Part shown: one piece after another, positions 23,130 to 33,673 of the stretch
Position numbering within the stretch: the stretch's first letter is position 1
Layout: each line of letters starts with the position of its first letter
Assembly (NCBI GenBank): GCA_002269645.1
Contig: NIVC01001132.1
Span: 1-37,411 of the forward strand
DNA length: 37,411 nucleotides
Direction: 5' to 3'
DNA from: Macrostomum lignano
Taxonomy: Eukaryota
Notes under the pieces: generated by a model
What the model was told of the DNA's origin: nothing
The model's database searches: none
Seen by the model: only the letters and a program-made list of their open reading frames with translations
Position numbers and translations under genes: made by a program

Positions 23130-25322
23130 TATTTTATACCTATAAAATTAACAAATAAATTACTTGATTTGCGACATCACAGATGAGCTTGCAAGTAAAG
23201 TGCAGGTGGATAGTTGTATTTTATTTTGCCGTTAAGTAATAAATAAATTAAAGTTAAATTCATGATACGTTATAAAAAATCAATATTAGGTTCGGTGATT
23301 TCAACTTTTTTTACATTTTTTTCGGAGCAATGAGTCGACTTTCTCCAAATAGTTTTTCAGCTGTACGTTCAATACTGAATTTTAGTATATATGTAAAGTT
23401 TGACCATCTGTAAAATTAGGTTTTAGCGGCTCTGCAGTCTATGGCGAACTGTTGTTATCAGTAGAAGCTGTTGAAGTCGCTGCTGGGGGTGGGATGTTGG
23501 CATTGGGAGAGGCTGTTGGCAACTGCTGATGCTATTCTAATGCTATAAATACTTCTGGAACGCACAATACTATTTTACTTACCTCCAGTTTCACTTCTTG
23601 TCTGGCAACACGGATTGCGCCAACAATTCCTTAGATTCCTTGTTAATGATCCTTTCCAAAATTGAGAAGTATTCCCATAGCAATCGGCAATACGTTCATT
23701 TTTCGCATCCGGATCGCTACATCAGCATATAAGTAGCTGCATAAAGAAAGGCAATTAGTTGATTTATATTCACTTTGTTAAGTATTTACACCAGATAAGA
23801 ACAGTAGCTAGGTACAGGTACAGGTATATGGCACTAGTAATGCTATATATAACCCAGAATAGTCAACAATTCTGAAAGCTATTGCCCTGATCTTATGACG
23901 CAAGTTAAGGATCTAGAATTCTTGCCATAGTATAAATATTCGGTCTGAAATCTAAATGCCTCTACCCCTACGAGAATTCAAACCCAAACATGAGATTCGC
24001 GTTGACTTACACCACACAGTCGGCATAAAACCGTGAGCATCAAAATGACAAAGGGTAAAACTACTGACACAACAAGTAATATGTAGCGTGACCGACTATC
24101 GTCACTCATTAATTTCAACGCAAATTGGACATCAGCAGTGCAGCACGAAGACTCGCAGCAGTGGGATCTCGTGCTGGCTTTAGAGCTCACTTCAGAGAAG
24201 GGATCGTTGACCAAATAGTCAACCTTATCAGGGCAGGCCTGTAGCTCTGAATTCTTTAGTTCGCACACTGTGACTTCGTCATATTTAAAATTGATTCCGT
24301 CTCTGTCCATATCCTGCCTAAGACTACTGGACACCTTTACTTTGTCACCTTTGAGCAGCTCTGCTGAACCTCTTTTGCCTCTAAAGTGAAACGAGATAAT
24401 GATAGTTAAATAATACAGTATTGTCTAATTTAAAAATAAAGGTAGTGACTAATAAACACATTGCAAGTCTTACCCTTTATAATCTTTCGAACAGACGCCG
24501 CCTAAAATTGATCAGAAGTTATACGTATAAGCATAGGAAAATACTTTTCGAAGAATTTCTTGGCGTTTTATATTGCACTGCTGGTAACTCTACATGTACG
24601 TAGTTCCTACGTAAAAGTTAGCTGGAAATTTCAATGCAGCAGAATCGTAATAGCATGAATTGGCGACAAGGCCTACTTGAAAATTTGGTCAGCATCTAAA
24701 ATCCTTGGTTTTCGTTGGTCCAATTCCATGCACCAGAAGAAAAGGAATGGCGGGAGTTTAGTGTAAAGAGGATTTTTAAACACTTGCTGACCAAATCTTG
24801 AATGAAGATCTGAGGATCTATTGAAGTTCAGGCCAGTAAATGGAGAGACTGTTGGCCCCTATGACCCATAATGACGTGGTAAACTACTCTGCAGTACGAG
24901 TCTGGTTTGGCCTCTGTCCCAACCTGCTGCCATTAAAGACGCCCCGACGGGACCCTTGGAGCAGTTCCTGAGCGATGCCAAAAGGCAGGTGCATGAGCAA
25001 CACCTCTGGAGCTGCCTGCCGCCGATTTTACAAGGCAAAGTGGGCCATGGGCCCGCGGGCAGCGGAAGCTTCCCAATCTGGGCCCAAAGCCAGCTGAAGT
25101 CCCTGTCCAGGACAAGAGCTACAACCGAAAGGGTGGACAGGCCACCTGCTGAAGACTCCCCCGAACCCTGGACCTTTTGTGGAAGTTTTCTCTGATTTGG
25201 TACCTTTCAAAACTCCTGCGTGGTGTCGCAAACTTAAATAATCACCACGATTAGTTTCCAGACTTGTTTTAGTGTAGGTTTATGAAATAGACAAATACGT
25301 AGTATTTGCGGTTTTAATACTA
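23130..25322. repeat. Direct segmental duplication (3' part of gene E), paired with about 29820-31730 (gene F)
   Basis: Exon 3 proteins differ at about 6 of 123 residues; introns and flanks align up to the start of the Bel/Pao LTR at about 25325. Confidence 0.9.
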
Positions 25323-25551
25323 TATATCGATCGGTGAGTTTTCAGTCAGCCCCCCCCCCTCGGTCTCGTTAGAGCTTTTTAGCCCTCGCCCTTCTTACCC
25401 ATTTTCTTCTTATCTATTCTCTACCCCCCCTCTCTCAACCACGCAAATAAATATACTGCTGGAGGAGCCTTTTCATCCTAACGTTGTTTTTCAAGTTGTT
25501 ATTGTCAACGTATTCACTGGCCAGTGTTATTTCTTCAGTTATTTTTCTACA

Positions 25552-25569
25552 TGGCGCCCGAACAGGGAC
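25552..25569 (+). promoter_or_regulatory. tRNA-Lys(UUU) primer-binding site
   Basis: TGGCGCCCGAACAGGGAC, the canonical 18-nt tRNA-Lys3 PBS, lies immediately after the LTR end ..TCTACA. Confidence 0.9.
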
Positions 25570-26365
25570 TTATCTGCTATCAGATATGTCAACTCAACAG
25601 TTTCTTCACGGCTTGCGACGCTTTGTGGCGCGTCGAGGACTTCCTTCGTTGATCAGCGACAACGCAAAGACCTTCCGTTCAGCAGCTCGGATCCTCGGTG
25701 CCAGCACTAGCGATCAGGTGCAGGCGTTCTGTGCCGAAAGGAGAATTACCTGGCAGTTCATACCGGAAAAGGCCCCATGGTGGGGCGGATTCTGGGAGCG
25801 GTTAGTTGGAGTCATTAAGAGTTCTTTGAAGAAAAGCATCGGTCGTGCTCAGTTAAACTTTGATCAGTTGTCGTCTACAATCATCGAAATCGAAGCTATC
25901 ATCAACAGTAGGCCATTGTTGTACGTCTCTGCCGATGACCGGAGTGAAGTTATTACTCCTTCACACTTTCTACTTGGAGTGCGACTCACTTGGGAACCTG
26001 ATCAAGGTGCGACTCAATCGTCAACGCTGCTGTCACTACCTAGACGACTCGATCTTCTGCGCAACGCTCTGAATCGTTTTTGGAAGGTTTGGCAAGAGGA
26101 CTACGTCACCGCTCTCCGCGAGAAGCCGTTGCATGGGCAAGGATGCGGTCCCTTTCCGAAACCTGGTGATGTTGTGGTGGTGTGCGGAGAATCACACCAG
26201 CCGAGGCTGATGTGGAAGCTCGGTGTAGTTGAGTCGGTTTCTGTTGGTCGTGATAGTGTTAGTCGCTCTGCTCTGGTTCGTGTAGTTAGCGGTGTGGGAG
26301 CTAGGAGGAGGGAGCGCATTAGGCGCCCGGTGCGAGCCTTGGTGCCACTCGAAGTCTCTGAGTGA
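25570..26365 (+). CDS. Bel/Pao integrase core plus C-terminal (DUF5641-like) fragment
   Basis: LRRFVARRGLPSLISDNAKTF, APWWGGFWERLV, EIEAIINSRPL, ITPSHFL, RFWKVWQEDYV, WKLGVV and RRPVRALVPLE are characteristic Bel/Pao integrase motifs. Confidence 0.9.
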
Positions 26366-28002
26366 ATGTTAAAGTGTCGAGATAGTTCAATTTCAAAACT
26401 TTACTTTTCCGCCATTACTATTTAATGATCGCGCATTTTGCTTTCGGTTTCTTTGTTGCAAGAGGTCACTCGTTTAGCCTTGGTAGTTTTTTTTTGTTTC
26501 CTAGTGACAGTTACCTATTGGCCTTAGCGTCATCGTGTTATTTTCTCTAAATCACAAAGTGTTTTGTCACCAACCTTTTGTATGTTTCATGTCATTTATT
26601 ACAATTTTTTTTCATTGTTTGTCGAATCTTTAGTGATGATTGGTGAAGGAATCCTCAACCTTTTCAATGGTCTAAATTTTCTTATAATGAAGTCATTGTC
26701 ATTTCCTGTGTTTGTTTTTTTTGCGTTTTTTTGGAATTTTTGGTATCGGGAAAAATGTGATCATTTTTGGGGGAGTGTCGCGAAATTTCAGCTTGCGCTA
26801 ATAGAATTCACTTGCTCCCTTTTCATTTTCTTCCATTCCCTGTGTGCCTAGTCCATCTTCTATCTACCGTGCTCTATGTACTGTACACTCTTATCTTGTT
26901 TTCCGATTATCGATCGGTGAGTTTTCAGTCAGCCCCCCCCCCGGTCTCGTTAGAGCTTTTTAGCCCTCGCCCTTCTTACCCATTTTCTTCTTATCTATTC
27001 TCTACCCCCCTCTCTCAACCACGCAAATAAATATACTGCTGGAGGAGCCTTTTCATCTTAACTTTGTTTTTCAAGTTGTTATTGTCAACGTATTCACTGG
27101 CCAGTGTTATTTCTTCAGTTATTTTTCTACAACAGTATTCTGATCACAGTATCAGGTAAAGTGGCTCGTTTAGCATCATCAACGTCATTTAATTTAGTGA
27201 ATGTTGTTTTATCATCTCTGTTAAACCATATTGTTACAGTCTTTATATATATAAACTTTCTCTATGAAAAGGGAGTGTCGCGACCTGTATATACGTTGCT
27301 TTAGTTGTCCTTGTCGCAAAATGTGTTTAAATATGGTGAAAAACTCACCCGTCAAAAGTCCGACAAAGGGCAGTGCGATAAATTCCAGTAAATAAGTAAT
27401 TTCTCAATTCTTCATAAAATTTTTGCTCGCTTTTTTGTACCTGCGATCTTTTTGCTAGGATATTTTTAGTCCGAATGAAGAACTGCTGAGTTACACTTCG
27501 AAATTAGGAATAAAAAGCTAAAATAAACATTTTCGTTGAAACAGGTCAACATTTACCATAGAAAACAAAGTTCAGCGGGAGTTCTGTTTTTCAACCAAAA
27601 TTCGTATAATGCCAGCGTAGCTACAAGTCCTTTGCTTACGTTAGTTTTACTTTCTTAAGTTTACTTTTCTCAAATTTCCACTGCTATACACAGAATGCGT
27701 ATATACACAGATAACCTAAATTTGATGAAAAAATCAAAGTCCCCTAGTTGTACGCGTGTAACCATGCGATAAATTTTGGGGTAGAGAGATTACTATGGTT
27801 TACTATGGTTAAATCTTCAGATTTCTAACTCCTAAAATCTGGCAAGTTTAGACATAATAGTGTAACTGACTGACTGTCAATTATATTCGATTATTCTTCG
27901 TCAAGAGCTAATAGCCATTGACTTCTCACAATTTCAATTCAACTCATTTCTCATGACATTCGCCACAAGGTGAACAATAACTCTTGCATTATCCCCAACC
28001 CC

Positions 28003-28376
28003 GGGGGGCCGTAGCCCAGCGGTAGCGCAGCTGCTCTGGTGTGCCGCGACCCAGGCTCGATTCCAAGTGCAGCCACATTAATTTGGGGCTGAATTGGAAT
28101 TTCGGCTTGGCTCGCTTGTGCAATTAACGGCCTTGAGAGCCAACCCCCCAAGGCGCAGTGAAGTGTACATGCCTAACAATTGATAAAGTTAGGGCCGCTG
28201 TACACTCCTGTGTGAGTGTGTGCCTGCGTAACGTATCCGCGCACTTGTATGCCTGCTCAGGGGAGTCGGCGGAATGGGCAGTAATGCCTCTCGCCGGTTG
28301 TGTGCCTATGTCGCTTAAAGTGCGCCAGGGTGCACACAACCCCCCTGCCTCTAAAAAAAAAATAAATAAAAAAATC
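28003..28376 (+). mobile_element. tRNA-derived SINE-like element, copy 1
   Basis: Pol III A-box TAGCCCAGCGG (28012-28022), B-box-like GGCTCGATTCC (28054-28064), body homologous to 32296-32618 (-), and an A-rich 3' end at about 28352-28374. Confidence 0.7.
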
Positions 28377-28440
28377 CCCAACCCCGATTTTTACGCTTAC
28401 ACCTTTTGCCAGACTCCGTGAACCTAAAAAAATTAACGAA

Positions 28441-29663
<1,223 letters not shown>

Positions 29664-30147
29664 TCATACGCTTACACATGTAGCTTCATAGTTTCATATT
29701 GATCAAAGTTTTTGCTTTAATGAATAGATACGATACCTTTACGTTTAAAAAAGCTATCCAAAATGTACCATAACGTTTTGTAAGGTATTATTGTAGGTTT
29801 AGTAGGTTTGTTTAGTGGTTATTTTATATATGTATAAAAAATAACAAATAAATTACTTTTTTTGCGACGTCATACTCGTAGATGAGCTTGCAAGTAAAGT
29901 GCAGGTGGATAGTTGTATTTTGTTTTGCCGTGGAGTAATACTCGTAAATAAATTAAAGTAGTGATAAATTCGGTATACGTTATAAAAATCAATATTAGGT
30001 TCGGTGCTTTCAGCGTCGTTACATTTTTTCGGAGCAATACGTCGACTTTCTCCAAATAGTTTTTTCAGCTGTACGTTCAATACTGAATTTTAGGTTATAC
30101 GTATAGTTTGACCATTTGTCAAATTAGTTTTTAGCGAGCTCTGCAGC

Positions 30148-31976
30148 TTATGGCGAACTGCTTGCATCAGTAGAAGCTGTTGATGTCGCTGCTGGGGGTG
30201 GAATGTTGCGGTATTATGAGAGGCTTTTGGCACTGCTGATGTTATTCCAATGTTATAAATACTAATAGAACGCACAATACTATTTTACTTACCTCCAGTT
30301 TTACTTTTTGTCTTCCAAAACAGATTTTCCCGATGCATTAGGATAAATGTTAATGAATCTTTCCAAAATTTAGAAGTATTCCCATAACAATCGGCAATAC
30401 GTTCATTTTTCGCATCCGGATCGCTACAGCAGTATATAAGTAGCTGCATAAAGAAAGGCAATTAGTTGATTTATATTCACTTTGTTAAGTATTTACACCA
30501 GATAAGCACAGTAGCTACAGGTATATGGCACTAGTGATGCTATATATAACCCAGAATGGTCAACAATTCTGAAAGCTATTGCCCTGATCTTAGGACGCAA
30601 GTTAAGGATCTAGAATTCTTGCCATTATATAAATATTCGGTCTGAAATCTAAATGCCTCTACCCCTACGAGAATTCAAACCCAAACATGAGATTCGCGTT
30701 GACTTACACCACACAGTCGGCATAAAACCGTGAGCATCAAAATGGCAAAGGGTAAAACTACTGACACAACAAGTAATGTGTAGCGTGACCGACTATCGTC
30801 ACTCATTAATTTCAACGCAAATTGGACATCAGCAGTGCAGCACGAAGACTCGCAGCAGTGGGATCTCGTGCTGGCTTTAGAGCTCACTTCAGAGAAGGGA
30901 TCGTTGACCAAATAGTCAACCTTATCAGGGCAGGCCTGTAGCTCTGAATTCTTTAGTTCGCACACTGTGACTTCGTCATATTTAAAATTGGTTCCGTCTC
31001 TGTCTATATACTGCCTGAGACTTTCGGACACCTTTACTTTGTCACCTTTAAGCAGCTCTGCTGAACCTCTTTTGCCTCTAAAGTGAAACGAGATAATGAT
31101 AGTTAAATAACACAGTAATGCCTAATTTAAAAATAAAAAGGTAGTGGCTAATAAAGACATTGCAAGTCTTACCCTTTATAATCTTTCGAACAGACGCCGC
31201 CTAAAATTGATCAGAAGTTATACGTATAAGCATAGGAAAATACTTTTAGAAGAATTTCTTGGCGTTTTATATTGCACTGCTGGTAACTCTACATGTACGT
31301 AGTTCCTACGTAAAAGTTAGCTGGGAATTTCAATGCAGCAGAATCGCAATAGCATGAATTGGCGACAAGGCCTACTTGAAGATTTGGTCAGCATCTAAAA
31401 TCCTTGGTTGTCGTTGCATCAGAAGAAAAGGAATGGCGGGAGTTTAGTGCTGAGAGGATTATTAAAAAAACACTGGATGAACTTACTGACCTAATCTTCA
31501 ATGAAAGTCTGAGCAATCTATTGAATTTCAGGCCAATAAATGCCGAGGCTGTGGGCCCCAAGGCCCTCGGGCCAGGGCTTTCTAATCTGAGCCCAGAGCT
31601 AGCTGAAGTCCCTGTCCAGGACAAGAGATGCAGCCGGAAGGGTGGACAGGACAACTGCTGAAGACTTGTTTTACTCGTAGTGTAGGTTTATGAAATAGAC
31701 AAATAAGTAATATCTGCGATTTTAATACTAATATAGGATTATAATTTCGTCGCTATAATAGGGGGGTTTTCGGGGGTCGTAAATCTCTGGATTATTAAAA
31801 ATTCCTAAAACAGAATCTGAAGTATTTTATAACTAAGGAAACATACTAATTAATAAAGAGCAGAGCATGTAATACAAGATAAATTTAAATTATATTGCGG
31901 AAAACTTACCCATTAAACATCCGCCTATGAGTAGTACGACAGCTGCAGGTAAACAGTTGATCCGCCAACTCATCAT
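30148..31976 (-). CDS. Gene F: Shisa-like 6-Cys single-pass protein. Exons 31976-31910, 31200-31173, 31077-30708, 30443-30293; last exon uncertain (about 30235-30148 or to 30090)
   Basis: Signal MMSWRINCLPAAVVLLIGGCLM G|GTAAGT (67 nt, phase 1); micro-exon GVCSKDYKG; exon 3 with Cys domain plus TM (YTLLVVSVVLPFAILMLTVLCRLCG|GTAAGT); open exon 4 LLIYCCSDPDAKNERIADCYG..KTG. Confidence 0.8.
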
Positions 31977-32295
31977 GAGACTTTTGGGTGTGCTTTGCAA
32001 CGGTTGTTGGGCTACAGCAGCTGTTCAACTTAAGCTGACTAACATTAGCTAGTTAGATTTTTTATTGTTTTAGCTTTTTTTCTCATTGAACTCAGTCTAT
32101 GGCAATCTTTCTATACAATTGACTTATCAGAATCAAAATGCCCAGTTTGTGTATTTGGTTGAAATTTGTTTTGTTTCATCTTGATCATCATGAATGACTA
32201 CTGTAATGCCGAGAATCCATAGGCAGGACTGCGTTGTCTCATCGTTTCGACGACGCGACTAAGCATTAACCATAGACGAAACTGGCGGGCACGGC

Positions 32296-32618
32296 GCACC
32301 CTAACGCACTTTAAACAACGTTGTCACACACAGCCAGCGAGAGGAATTGCTGCCCATTTTGCTGACTCACCTGCGCAGGCACACAATTGCACGCGGATTC
32401 GTACGCAGTCATACGCGTTGGCAAACATTCAACACAGGAGTGTTCAGCCAATCCTAACTTTTCGTACTCGTACCGTTTTGGCATGTACACTTCACTGACT
32501 TCACTGTGCCTTGGTGGTTGGCTCTCAATTGAGTTAGTTGCATACGAGCGGAGCTAAGCCGAGATTCCAATTTAGCACCAAATTAACTTGACTGCACGTG
32601 GAATCGAGCCTGGGCCGC
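32296..32618 (-). mobile_element. SINE-like element, copy 2 (A-box lost, 5'-truncated)
   Basis: The reverse complement aligns with about 28045-28335 (CCCAGGCTCGATTCCA.GTGCAG, GAGAGCCAACC.CCAAGGC.CAGTGAAG, ACACTCCTGTGT, AAAGTGCG..AGGGTGC). Confidence 0.7.
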
Positions 32619-32816
32619 TGGTGTATGAAGACCAAAAGACCACTGGGCGCCGCACAAACCAGTCCATTAGTGCTTCCAGCAACAAAGGCATTAAAACACG
32701 AACTTGGCACAGAAACGAAGCGGGCCTCCAAAGCCAAACACAACGGGGGATAAGAGCAGCAGCTAGGCATTGAGCAAAAAACAAATCAGCGGGAAGAGCA
32801 CCGTCAAAAATGAGCA

Positions 32817-33240
32817 CTAAGGGCGGAAGAAAAAACGCAGAGAGGCCGCAGCAACACCCGAGTTGGGCAAGTAGCGCTCCACCGCCGAACTCTTCCAGTC
32901 GCCGATCCGATGGTTCTCCGCCACCGGCAGGCCCATGTGAGCTGCCCAGGTGGCCCCACCTGGGCGCAGGCTGTGAGCCGAGTAGAGCTTGCCGCCACAC
33001 CCAGCCCTCTGCAGCTTAGAGTCAAGAAACCGGTCCAGGTCCCTAGGGGGTAGATGGCGCCGCTGTCCATTGCGATCGATGAAGGACCAGAGTGGCGCCT
33101 CGGCTATTGCCAGCTTGTTGACCCACAGAAGTCGGCGAATCGCCACTACCGGCAGAGCGCGGGGCAGGCGGGGAACTTCGGAAGCAGGACGCGATGGACT
33201 CGATCTCGGAACTGCACCGCACAAACCGGTCCATTAAAAA
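32817..33240 (-). mobile_element. Tyrosine-recombinase C-terminal fragment (DIRS/Ngaro- or Crypton-type element remnant)
   Basis: YSAHSLRPGGAT (H-x-x-R), HRIGDWKSSAVERY (W and catalytic Y), and an upstream frameshifted CPVVA motif. Confidence 0.8.
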
Positions 33241-33673
33241 TTAGTCGAGGCATTCAGTCTACAAATAAAAAACTGTTCAATATCAACTCCCTATAGTGTC
33301 ATGAAATTTTTCCATCATTCATACCATGCCCATGGACTGCTCGTATTAGGGCATCATCAAACTATTAACAGATAAGCTGAGGACATGCTGTAAGATTTTG
33401 TCTAGCTGAAAGAAATTAAAAAAACATGCCAAAACGACATCACTGATGACATTGCAGGTAAAGTGCAGCCGGATTAGGTATATTTTGCTTTGCTTTGGAG
33501 TATTAAATAAATTGTAGTAGGAGCGTCCGTGATACGTTATATCACATCAATATAGGTTCGGTTCTTTCAGTGTTGTTACTTTTCAGAGCAATGCATCCAC
33601 TTTCGTCAAACTATTATTTAGTTATACAATACTGAATTGTAAGCTGTAGCATGCGTAGTTTGACATCTGTCGA

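Larger units (their letters stand above)
25325..27131 (+). mobile_element. Internally deleted Bel/Pao LTR retrotransposon in intron 1 of gene E (5' LTR truncated)
   Basis: Direct repeats 25325-25551 and 26908-27131. Full 3' LTR 26776-27131 (TG..CA) follows PPT GGGGGAG. PBS at 25552. Only the integrase core and C-terminus remain. Confidence 0.9.
23439..27415 (-). pseudogene. Gene E: Shisa-like paralogue, probable chimeric pseudogene. Exons 27415-27349 (TGA at codon 4), 24501-24474, 24380-24011, 23736-23583 (TGA at 23724-23722); last exon uncertain
   Basis: Exon 1 is D/G-type (MKN*EITYLLEFIALPFVGLLTG|GTGAGT). Exons 2-4 are near-identical to gene F (GVCSKDYKG; TVC..ACPDK..SHCCESSCC plus TM). 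Two in-frame stops. Confidence 0.75.

Noticed and set aside
24660-25260. ORFs 24956..25195 and 31404..31661 as genes, and TGGCGACAAG at 24661 as a PBS
   Set aside because: They lie in intron 1 of E and F, the frames are not conserved between the duplicates, and no domain or LTR is recognisable. Possibly an old TE remnant.
27281-27293. GGGAGTGTCGCGA resembling the Bel/Pao PPT/LTR start
   Set aside because: The match is only 13 bp and is not followed by LTR sequence, so it is insufficient to call another LTR.
28003-28075. Functional tRNA gene
   Set aside because: A/B boxes are present but the acceptor stem does not pair well, and the sequence continues into a repeated body, so it fits a SINE head better.
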